From the sequence record MF360958.1: a DNA stretch of 64,000 bases; one strand, 5' to 3'. The notes under the pieces were generated by a model. It saw only the letters and a program-made list of their open reading frames with translations, had not been told where the DNA came from and did no database searches. Numbering within the stretch: position 1 is the first letter of the stretch; each line of letters opens with the position of its first letter. The translations under genes and the position numbers were made by a program. Positions 18,511 through 26,935 of the stretch are shown here, in pieces.

Positions 18511-18557
18511 ATTGTCCTTAAAAAATACGCCTTTTTTAACTGTAAATTTAATCTGCG

Positions 18558-18565
18558 TATAAATA
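18558..18565 (+). promoter_or_regulatory. T4-type late promoter box TATAAATA
   Basis: Exact T4 late consensus upstream of the head core/protease/scaffold/capsid operon. Related NATAAATA boxes at 1433, 13216, 16497, 23831, 59701 (plus) and 13154-61, 55753-60, 57320-27 (minus). Confidence 0.65.
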
Positions 18566-18612
18566 ATTGTGACTATTAACATTGCTCTAAAAGTTATTAA
18601 AGGAGAAGCGAT

Positions 18613-19155
18613 ATGTCTAAGGTAACTCTCGAACAAGTTTTTGAACAACTTGATACCGACGAAACAAAGGCGCGTGAACTTATGCGCGAATATATTATTC
18701 AGTGTTCACGTAGCGTTTATGAAGATCTTATGGAATCTGATATGTCCGATGAAGACATTCTGACCGATGATCTTGAAAGTGAACTACAACAAAGTTCTGA
18801 AGAACTTGAATCTATGGATGACGAAGTTAGTGCAGAAAACATGTACGATGACGAAGATGTTGATGCATCTCTAGATGACGTTCAAAGCGGTGAAGACGCT
18901 ATTGATGATGTTGAAGACCGTGTTGAAAACATTGAAGACGAACTAGAAGAACTTCGCAAGGATTTTGAAGAACTAGTTGATGATGAAGAAGGTTCTGAAG
19001 AAGGCGAAATGGATGACGAAGAAGGTTCTGAAGAAGGCGAAATGGATGACGAAGAAGGTTCTGAAGAAGGCGAAATGGATGACGAAGAATCCATGGATGA
19101 TAGTGAAAATCTGGAATCTGATATCGAAGAAATTGAGGATGAAGAAACACAATAA
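18613..19155 (+). CDS. Highly acidic prohead core protein
   Basis: AGGAG RBS; between portal and protease; very Asp/Glu-rich. Confidence 0.75.
   Translation: MSKVTLEQVFEQLDTDETKARELMREYIIQCSRSVYEDLMESDMSDEDILTDDLESELQQSSEELESMDDEVSAENMYDDEDVDASLDDVQSGEDAIDDVEDRVENIEDELEELRKDFEELVDDEEGSEEGEMDDEEGSEEGEMDDEEGSEEGEMDDEESMDDSENLESDIEEIEDEETQ
18979..19089 (+). repeat. Coding tandem repeat, 3 x 33 nt plus a partial unit (DDEEGSEEGEM)
   Basis: gatga[t/c]gaagaaggttctgaagaaggcgaaatg repeated head to tail, in frame. Confidence 0.9.
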
Positions 19156-19164
19156 GGATTTGCC

Positions 19165-19803
19165 ATGCAAAATCAAGTATTAAGAGAACATTTAGGATAT
19201 ACCCAAGCTGGTCTTAGTCTTAACGAAAGTTATGATAATAACGGTAATAAAGACCTACATTTAGAAGGACTTTTCATTCAAGGTGATGTTGAAAATCATA
19301 ATGGTCGTGTATATCCGAGTTCGCAAATTAGAACAGCCGTTGATGATGTAAAGGACCGTATTAGTAAAGGGTATTCGGTTCTTGGTGAGGCCGATCATCC
19401 CGACGATTTAACAGTAAATTTGGATCGCGTCTCTCATATGATTGTTGACATGTGGTTAAATCAGTCAGACGGTTATGGAAAGTTAAAGATATTACCTACA
19501 CCAATGGGTCAAATTATCTCGACATTGTTAGAAAATAAAGCAAAACTTGGTGTTAGTTCTCGTGGTTCAGGAACATTGTCTAACACAGGTAAAGTTTCTG
19601 AATACGAAATTATCACTGTTGATATTGTGGCTAATCCTTCTGCTCCCGATGCATATCCTAAACCAATTTATGAAAGTTTAATGAATATGCATGGTGGTGA
19701 ACAGATGAAGAATCTTGCACGTGAATCACTTGTTGAAAGTCGTGCTAGGCGTGAATTAGCTAATAATATTAAAAAGTTCATTGGTGAATTAAATAAAAAA
19801 TAA
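19165..19803 (+). CDS. gp21: Prohead protease (T4 gp21-like)
   Basis: LEGLFIQGDVENHNGRVY, LGEADHP, LGVSSRGSG, DIVANPSAPDA. Confidence 0.95.
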   Translation: MQNQVLREHLGYTQAGLSLNESYDNNGNKDLHLEGLFIQGDVENHNGRVYPSSQIRTAVDDVKDRISKGYSVLGEADHPDDLTVNLDRVSHMIVDMWLNQSDGYGKLKILPTPMGQIISTLLENKAKLGVSSRGSGTLSNTGKVSEYEIITVDIVANPSAPDAYPKPIYESLMNMHGGEQMKNLARESLVESRARRELANNIKKFIGELNKK

Positions 19804-19821
19804 AATTACGGGAGATTAAAG

Positions 19822-21168
19822 ATGGGTATTGAAAATCTAATCAGCAAGCTTGGCTTGGAAGATTACAAAGAGGATCTTCAGGAAGCTTGGAATGAAGCGG
19901 TCGAGCAAAATAAGGCTGAACTTGAAGAACAATACAAACAAAAATTTGATCAAGAGATCAAGACTATGGTGACTGCTGCTGATTCATTAATCAAAGAAAG
20001 TCTTAACAAAGAACTTTCTGAATTTAATGAAGACCGCAAAAAAGTTTATGAAGCTAAAAAACAACTTCTTAATCGTCTCAAGCAAGCACGTCAGCTAAAA
20101 GAGTCTTATCAGAAGAAGAATGAAAATCGTGTTCAAGTTTTTGAAAATTTTGTTATGCAAACCCTTAAAGAAGAACTTAAAGAGTTTAAGGGTGATCGTG
20201 ACAATCTTCAAGAAAGTCTAAACAATGAAAAACTAAAACTACGCAAGGAAAGAATGCGTCATAAGAAACTTTCAGAAAGCAAAGAAAAAGCAATGAATAA
20301 TCTTGTGACTAATGTTCTTAAATCCGAACTGAAAGAATTTAAAGAAGACCGCCAGAACATGGTTGAGAATCTTAACAAAATGGAAAATCTTGTTGTCGGA
20401 CAGCTTACTGAAGAACTTTCAGAATTCCAAGAAGATCGTCAGAAGCTTAAAGAGAAGAAAATCGAGCTACAAAATGACTTTAAAAACAAACTCAAAGAAG
20501 CTAAGAAAGCCTATGTCAATCGTATGGCAAATTCCGCTGAAAAGCTAGTGAATGAGTCACTACGAAATGAACTATCCACACTTAAAGAAGATATTAGAAG
20601 TGCTAAAGAAAATGCGTTTGGTCGTAAATTGTTCGAAGCTTTTGTTTCTGAATTCTACCATTCTCACCTTTCTGAGAATACGGAGCTAGTTAAAACTGCT
20701 AAGAAGTTGAATGAATCTAACAAAAATGTCCAAAAATTACAGAAAATTGTCGAAAAACAGAATAAAGAACTAAATAAAAGTAAGAAATTGTTAAAAGAAA
20801 CTCATGAGCATAACAAGCATGAGCGTAAGGTTGATGAACTTACTAAGTCACTGCCTGAAACTAAACAAAAAATTATGAAAAACCTTCTTGAAGGTGTGGA
20901 ATACGAAAAGTTAGATAGTACGTTTGAACGGTATCTTCCGTCAGTGTTGGAAAACGATAAGAAAAACAATGGTCAAAAAGAACAAGGTGGTCAAAAACGT
21001 AAAATGGTAACTGAAGGAAAGAAAAATAATGCTTCTTATCGCGAAGTTACCGGCAAACGTGAAAAACGAGAAAAAACTACAACTGATTTACACGAAAGTA
21101 AAGAAGATCAGGACGTAGAACAAGAATTAACTCAAATGCTAATTAATGCAGGTATTAAGAAGAACTAA
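19822..21168 (+). CDS. Prohead scaffold/core protein (T4 gp22-like)
   Basis: Coiled-coil, charged protein with repeated L.EEL.EF..DR units, between protease and capsid. Confidence 0.85.
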   Translation: MGIENLISKLGLEDYKEDLQEAWNEAVEQNKAELEEQYKQKFDQEIKTMVTAADSLIKESLNKELSEFNEDRKKVYEAKKQLLNRLKQARQLKESYQKKNENRVQVFENFVMQTLKEELKEFKGDRDNLQESLNNEKLKLRKERMRHKKLSESKEKAMNNLVTNVLKSELKEFKEDRQNMVENLNKMENLVVGQLTEELSEFQEDRQKLKEKKIELQNDFKNKLKEAKKAYVNRMANSAEKLVNESLRNELSTLKEDIRSAKENAFGRKLFEAFVSEFYHSHLSENTELVKTAKKLNESNKNVQKLQKIVEKQNKELNKSKKLLKETHEHNKHERKVDELTKSLPETKQKIMKNLLEGVEYEKLDSTFERYLPSVLENDKKNNGQKEQGGQKRKMVTEGKKNNASYREVTGKREKREKTTTDLHESKEDQDVEQELTQMLINAGIKKN

Positions 21169-21183
21169 AATAGGAGATTAAAG

Positions 21184-22368
21184 ATGGCTAATCTATTCGA
21201 AAACCAGAAAGCTTGGGATACCGTTAAACAGGGTCTATCCGAAGGCTTAGAAGGTAAGAAAAAAGAGAATTTCGAGGTTGTCCTTGAAAATACTCGTAAA
21301 CATATGCTGAAAGAATCTGCAACTTTCGGCGCAACTAGTTCAGGCAACATTGCAACACTTAATAAGGTAATTCTACCTATTATGCGTCGTGTTATGCCTA
21401 ACGTAATTGCAAACGAAATTCTGGGTGTTCAACCTCTACCCGGACCAGTAGCACAGATTCACACTATGCGTTATGTATATTCTGAAAACCATGCTGGTGT
21501 AACTCCCGGTACTGAGGCACTATCACCTTTCGAAGTCGCACGTGCTTATTCTGGTAACGGCGATGTAAACGATCCAAAAGCGGCACCAACTGCTAACCTC
21601 GAAGGTCAGCCCGGTAAGCGTCTAGCGGTAAACCTCGTGAAGCAAACTGCTGAAGCGAAAACTCGCCGTCTAAGTGCACGTTGGACCGTTGAAGCAGAGC
21701 AAGATTCTGAAAGTCAATTCGGCCTTGACCTAGAGTCTGAAATCATGGCTGGTCTTGCACAAGAAATTACCGCAGAAATTGACCAAGAGATGCTAGGTCG
21801 CCTACGTAACCTTGCACGTACTGGTGCAACTTACGACATGAGCGATGACAGTTCCTTTACTGGTACACCTACGTTCGTTGGTGATCGTCACGCAGTACTA
21901 GCAACTCTTATGAACCAACAAGCTAACCTCGTTGCTCAGCGCACTCGTCGTGGTCGCGCAAATTGGGCGGTAGTAAGTCCTATGGCTCTAACTATCCTAC
22001 AATCAGCGACTACATCAACCTTCGCGCGTACTACTGAAGGTCCATTCGATGATCCTGACAACCAGAAGCTAGTTGGTACTCTTAACCAAAACATGAAGGT
22101 TTATTCTGATACTTATGCAAGTGAAGATACTCCTGTTCTACTTGGTTACAAAGGTCAAAATGAGTTTGACGCAGGCGCGTACTTCTGCCCCTACGTTCCA
22201 CTAACTGCAACTCAGGTGATGACTGATCCAAACACCTTCGAACAGGTAGTTGGCTTCATGACTCGCTATGCATACGTTGAACTGTCCAACTCTGCAAGTT
22301 CCTTCGGTAACGCAGCGGACTATGTGTCTAAGATTGAAATTCCATCTGATAGTCTCAAGTACATCTAA
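21184..22368 (+). CDS. gp23: Major capsid protein (T4 gp23-like)
   Basis: LPIMRRVMP..IA..I.GVQP, AKTRRLSARWTVEAEQD, EITAEIDQE, RRGRANW, FCPYVPL, F.TRY; LKE cleavage site near the N-terminus. Confidence 0.97.
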   Translation: MANLFENQKAWDTVKQGLSEGLEGKKKENFEVVLENTRKHMLKESATFGATSSGNIATLNKVILPIMRRVMPNVIANEILGVQPLPGPVAQIHTMRYVYSENHAGVTPGTEALSPFEVARAYSGNGDVNDPKAAPTANLEGQPGKRLAVNLVKQTAEAKTRRLSARWTVEAEQDSESQFGLDLESEIMAGLAQEITAEIDQEMLGRLRNLARTGATYDMSDDSSFTGTPTFVGDRHAVLATLMNQQANLVAQRTRRGRANWAVVSPMALTILQSATTSTFARTTEGPFDDPDNQKLVGTLNQNMKVYSDTYASEDTPVLLGYKGQNEFDAGAYFCPYVPLTATQVMTDPNTFEQVVGFMTRYAYVELSNSASSFGNAADYVSKIEIPSDSLKYI

Positions 22369-22422
22369 TGGATGCTTGGATAGCATAAAGAAGACAGCAA
22401 CAGTTAAAAAGTTGCATATAAT

Positions 22423-22453
22423 AAAAAACCCTACTTAATTAGTAGGGTTTTTT
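22423..22453 (+). terminator. Intrinsic terminator after the capsid operon
   Basis: aaaaaaccctact-taatt-agtagggtttttt. Confidence 0.9.
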
Positions 22454-22722
22454 AATTCTATTCAGAACATCCTATTTGCTTGGCTAGGGCTACGGAATGT
22501 CTGATTAAGAATTTTATATAAAATTGTATTATTTTATAATACATAACATAGTAGCCAATTTTTAGACATTTTAACTTTATTTAAAATTGTAAATTTCAAT
22601 CCATAACAACGCCGGGAACAGGCTGGATTATAGACGAAATTTACTTACATAATTAATTGTTCCCCTCATTTCTAGATTTAAGTTTCAAAACACTTGAGAG
22701 CGTTCTAAATATCTCTCAAGTG
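22454..22722. ncRNA. Candidate structured non-coding element (strand unknown)
   Basis: ORF-free region with nested stems and two pseudoknot-type complementarities, detailed in the findings. Confidence 0.35.
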
Positions 22723-22823
22723 TTTATAAGGTACAATAACTTTGGATCTTTGTCAACAACTTTTTTTCTTTGACTTTTATTTATATTTTCTGTAAAATGA
22801 AATATTCAATTAATGGTGAATTT

Positions 22824-23396
22824 ATGAAAGAAAGATTCCTTTTTGTGTTTGATATTGATCATACCCTCATTAATTGGTTTGATGGATATGAGTTAGATGA
22901 TAATGGAAACTTTGAGTACGTTCAAGAGGGAGATGAACGTATCAATGCTCATGGTATGTTGAAACGTTTAAACAAACTACATAACGTTGATATTGCTCTA
23001 TTTACAACGGGCAAAACATCATATGCGCATAGTATCAAAGAACAATTCTTTCATGATATACATTTCGAATTTGTGCTTGGTAGAGAATATGTAACTTATT
23101 ATAATGAACAAAAAGTTAAAGATATCAGATTTTTTTGTGATCATAAATATAAATTAGTTACAGAAAATAAAAGTTATAATATTAATAATGTTATTCTTTT
23201 AGATGACAAACCTCGTAATGGGCAGCTTTTTCCAAATAATTTTATAAAAATTAGAGATTATCAATGGTATGAATATAATGAAATCTTTGATAATGAATTA
23301 GAAAAAATTGAAAAGAAATTGCTACGAATGATTGACAAAGCATTAAAACATGATATAACACTTATTAATAATAAAAATGGAGTCAAAGATGATTAA
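22824..23396 (+). CDS. HAD-superfamily phosphatase, NIF/FCP1-like
   Basis: FVFDIDHTL (DxDxT), LFTTG..SYA, ILLDDKPRN; start placed at the ATG at 22824 (GGTG RBS). Confidence 0.8.
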   Translation: MKERFLFVFDIDHTLINWFDGYELDDNGNFEYVQEGDERINAHGMLKRLNKLHNVDIALFTTGKTSYAHSIKEQFFHDIHFEFVLGREYVTYYNEQKVKDIRFFCDHKYKLVTENKSYNINNVILLDDKPRNGQLFPNNFIKIRDYQWYEYNEIFDNELEKIEKKLLRMIDKALKHDITLINNKNGVKDD

Positions 23397-23805
23397 ATTA
23401 TTTCATAATAATATTGCATCTTCAAAATTACCAAACTCAGTAGAACAAATTAATATTGAAGATTTATCAATAGTAAAATTCCATCTTAAAGAACTTCTTT
23501 CTGAAAATGAAGGTGAAGAATATGTAAAGGTCTGTATTTTTGATAAGTTCATTGATAATGAAACAACATTTGTTGAATATTTTATCAAATACTTAAATCT
23601 TGATATTTTCAAAATTCATATTATAGATCCTAAAAAGAATTATATAATTCCTGAAGCTATGGAACTTAACCTTCATTTTAATATAAATGAAAAGAAAATT
23701 ATGGATAAAGTAAAAAAGTTCCATGAGAACAATGAAAACAATGCAAAAATGCATGTTATTGATGAATTCAAATTTGCATCTATTACAAACATTGATGATC
23801 AGTAA
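23377..23805 (+). CDS. Hypothetical protein
   Basis: ORF overlapping the end of the HAD gene. Confidence 0.6.
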   Translation: MESKMIKLFHNNIASSKLPNSVEQINIEDLSIVKFHLKELLSENEGEEYVKVCIFDKFIDNETTFVEYFIKYLNLDIFKIHIIDPKKNYIIPEAMELNLHFNINEKKIMDKVKKFHENNENNAKMHVIDEFKFASITNIDDQ

Positions 23806-23884
23806 TTATCAATGTTCTTTTCTCTTATACGATAAATAATCCTAGAAGATAAATATATGTATAAAACAATAGGATTATTTAATC

Positions 23885-26800
23885 ATGGCACACCGAATAA
23901 ATTTTAACGATTATCTTTATTTACAAGGTCATAATGTTCAAATAACAGGAACAGAAGGTTTGCGTGTTCCTATGGGAAATGCATCAGAGCGCCCTATAAC
24001 TATGAAGGGTGTGATGAGGTATAACCCTGATGAAGACCAATATGAATTAGGTACAGATAATGATATTCTTATATTAAATAATAGAAATGATCAAACCGTA
24101 TGGTATAGTAAAAAAGGTGGAGATCTTGATGGCACTCTTGTTATAAAGAATCATAGAATACTTAATAATGTAGGTTCAGCATTTGAACCATCATATTCAT
24201 TTTATTACTATAATAATACCGGTTTGTATTCACCATCATCTAATAATATTAGCGTTATATTAGAGGGGGATAAAAATATAACGCCTATTATTGAAATGGT
24301 TAGAGAAGACAATTCTGATTTTGGACAAACATTCACAATTAATGGTGATTTAGTTGTAAATGGTGAGCAAAAAGTTAAAGATACTAGTGATATTAAATTT
24401 CAAGATAATAGAATAACATTAAATCATGAAGGTCCAGCATCAGGTAAATCAGGGATAGATATTGAAGGAGATGGAAGCATACAAGCAACAATTCATTATG
24501 ATTATTCACTTTCAAAATGGAGTATTGATGGTTCTAATATAACAAATTCGGCCCAACCAGATAGTGATTCTGATCTTACTAATAAAGTTTATGTTGATAC
24601 AATAACAGATAATATAAGTCAAAATTTAACAGATCATATTAATAAAGATCAAGCACATCCTCAATATCTTCGTCGTGATGATAATCTCTCAACAGTAAAT
24701 GATGTTCAATTATCCCGTGATAATCTTAATGTTTATAGTACAACCGAAGTAGATAATAAAGTTAATAATTCTATTAGTGGTGCATTATATGAAGATGATT
24801 ATCAGGAAAACGGAGGAACAATACCTCAAGTAAATAGAACCAATAATTGGGTACAACCTCAAAAATTTGGTAATTATAATATAGGATTAGGAGTAAATTC
24901 TTCTAATGGCATTTCGATACGTTCTACAACTGATCCAGCTGATGGTGAAAATATATTTTCTGTAGAATCATCTGGTACAAATAGTCAATTTGGTGTTACT
25001 AATAATTTTGGATCATGGATTAAAGATGGTATTCGTATTGGCAGTCAGTATAATTCTTCTATGAGTGACGCACAAGGTGGAGTTGTTATAGGTTCTCCTA
25101 ATGGTGACACTCAAGGTGAAGGAACCATTAATTCTCAATTAATTTATAGAAATGGTGAAGAATTAGATTCTAGATATCATACGCAAACAGAAATTAGTAC
25201 AAAACTTAATAATCTTGAAACCACATTAAATAGCGATATATCGGCAGTTGATACTAAAGCTGATAATATTCAACAAGAAGTTACTAACCATAAAAATGCA
25301 ACCGATCCACATACGCAGTATGCTCGTAATGATGAAAATTTATCACAACTAACCAGTGCAAGTTCTGCACGTACTAATATTGATGTTTATAGCACAACTG
25401 AAGTGGATAATCTTACTTCTAGTACTCAACAAAATTTACAAGATCATATAGACGCAACTGATCCACATACACAATACCTAAGAAAAGATAATACATTAAG
25501 CGGTCTTACTGATATTCCCGGTGCAAGATCTACTTTAGATGTTTATAGTACTAGTGAAACAAATAACTTATTAGATCAAAAAATAGATGTATCTGAAAAA
25601 GCGTCAGCAAATGGTGTAGCAACACTTAATTCTAATAAAAAAGTACCAACTAATCAACTCCCTGCGTTGGCTATAACAAATACCTTTTCTGTTGCAAATA
25701 TAACCGAAAGGGATAATTTAATAAGTAACGGAACGGTACAGGAAGGTGATGTTGCGATTGTTACTGATGATGGTAATGGACTGACACGAACTTACATCTT
25801 AGACTCAAATAATACATGGCAAGAAATCGATACCCCCGGAGATGTTTACAATGTAAATGGTTTCACAGGAAATGTGTCTCTTGATTATTCTGATGTAAAT
25901 GCGGATCAACAAGGCACTGCTCAATCTATAATGGATAATCATAAAAATGCAACTGATCCACATACGCAGTATGCTCGTAATGATGAAAATTTATCACAAC
26001 TAACCAGTGCAAGTTCTGCACGTACTAATATTGATGTTTATAGCACAACTGAAGTGGATAATCTTACTTCTAGTACTCAACAAAATTTAACAGATCACAT
26101 CAATAATGATAATGCTCATACTCAATATCTTAGAAAAGATAATACATTAAGTGGTCTTACTGATATTCCCGGAGCAAGATCTACTTTGGATGTTTATAGC
26201 ACTGGTGAAGTAGATAATGCTATTGGGAATGCTACTAATAGTGCATTGTTTGATAGTGATTTACAAAGAAATGGTGGGTTAATACCTGAAACCAATAGAA
26301 TAAATAATTTCAATTCTAAACAAAATTTTCAAAAAATTGAAATACTAAGTAATGATAGAACAACTGAAACTGATTTACTATTTAATACTAATGCTAATAT
26401 AGGGGCAGAAAGTAGTATTTATAATCTAGTAAAATCAACATCTGGATCATCTATATTTGCAGTTGGATTGGGTGATGTTGTAAGAAATAGTAACATAACA
26501 TATTCATTTTTAGTCAGTTCGGATTTAGGTATATTTACTCCTAATAGTACAGGCGGTTCTCAAGGTCCAGATACAATTAATGTGTCAGAAATTTATAGAA
26601 ATGGGGAAGAACTTGATTCTCGTTATTTCACACAAAGTCAAATTAATGAGAAAAAGGCCAACGAATATATAGAAGAAGTTTCATTGGGTTCTGGTTTAAC
26701 TCATACAATTACAGCCTCATCACTTCCTTTTAATGTTACTGAGTTGCGTTCAGTAACGGTTGATTTAAAAGTTCAGGACATAGAATCTGGAAGCCCCACA

Positions 26801-26923
26801 GAAAATATGTGGATTGATGGAACCGCCGTATTAACGTATGGCATTGATACTAATAACAGTGAAATTGTTATAATAAATGAATTCAATCAAAGTCTCAATA
26901 TTTTCATACGAATTATCATGTAA
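23885..26923 (+). CDS. Tail fibre / baseplate-associated structural protein with internal repeats
   Basis: GLRVP.G...ERP...G.MRYN N-terminus, D..NK.YVD and H......HPQY repeats typical of phage fibres; late box at 23831. Confidence 0.75.
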   Translation: MAHRINFNDYLYLQGHNVQITGTEGLRVPMGNASERPITMKGVMRYNPDEDQYELGTDNDILILNNRNDQTVWYSKKGGDLDGTLVIKNHRILNNVGSAFEPSYSFYYYNNTGLYSPSSNNISVILEGDKNITPIIEMVREDNSDFGQTFTINGDLVVNGEQKVKDTSDIKFQDNRITLNHEGPASGKSGIDIEGDGSIQATIHYDYSLSKWSIDGSNITNSAQPDSDSDLTNKVYVDTITDNISQNLTDHINKDQAHPQYLRRDDNLSTVNDVQLSRDNLNVYSTTEVDNKVNNSISGALYEDDYQENGGTIPQVNRTNNWVQPQKFGNYNIGLGVNSSNGISIRSTTDPADGENIFSVESSGTNSQFGVTNNFGSWIKDGIRIGSQYNSSMSDAQGGVVIGSPNGDTQGEGTINSQLIYRNGEELDSRYHTQTEISTKLNNLETTLNSDISAVDTKADNIQQEVTNHKNATDPHTQYARNDENLSQLTSASSARTNIDVYSTTEVDNLTSSTQQNLQDHIDATDPHTQYLRKDNTLSGLTDIPGARSTLDVYSTSETNNLLDQKIDVSEKASANGVATLNSNKKVPTNQLPALAITNTFSVANITERDNLISNGTVQEGDVAIVTDDGNGLTRTYILDSNNTWQEIDTPGDVYNVNGFTGNVSLDYSDVNADQQGTAQSIMDNHKNATDPHTQYARNDENLSQLTSASSARTNIDVYSTTEVDNLTSSTQQNLTDHINNDNAHTQYLRKDNTLSGLTDIPGARSTLDVYSTGEVDNAIGNATNSALFDSDLQRNGGLIPETNRINNFNSKQNFQKIEILSNDRTTETDLLFNTNANIGAESSIYNLVKSTSGSSIFAVGLGDVVRNSNITYSFLVSSDLGIFTPNSTGGSQGPDTINVSEIYRNGEELDSRYFTQSQINEKKANEYIEEVSLGSGLTHTITASSLPFNVTELRSVTVDLKVQDIESGSPTENMWIDGTAVLTYGIDTNNSEIVIINEFNQSLNIFIRIIM
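25289..26203 (+). repeat. Near-identical 264-nt direct repeat (25289-25552 and 25940-26203) inside the fibre gene
   Basis: HKNATDPHTQYARNDENLSQLTSASSARTNIDVYSTTEVDNLTSSTQQNL... duplicated at the DNA level, offset 651 nt. Confidence 0.9.
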
Positions 26924-26935
26924 TAAGGATCAATA

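Noticed and set aside
18979-19089. 33-nt repeats as a CRISPR array
   Set aside because: The units are contiguous with no spacers, in frame in an acidic protein, and no cas genes are present.
17906-19183. Ser-rich and repeat-containing ORFs at 17906-18310, 18882-19166, 18899-19150, 18973-19176 and 18977-19183
   Set aside because: Antisense or alternate-frame shadows of the acidic portal tail and core-protein repeats.
16533-22368. Nucleus-forming phiKZ-like phage
   Set aside because: The head module is T4-like and promoters are sigma70/gp55-type. No chimallin, PhuZ or phage RNAP subunit was recognised in this window.
22585-22670. Canonical hammerhead, twister, pistol or HDV/theta ribozyme
   Set aside because: No CUGANGA core. 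The twister-like UAAC..GCC lacks the rest of the fold. The HDV-like topology lacks the catalytic C and a clean P3. Kept only as an unclassified structured element.
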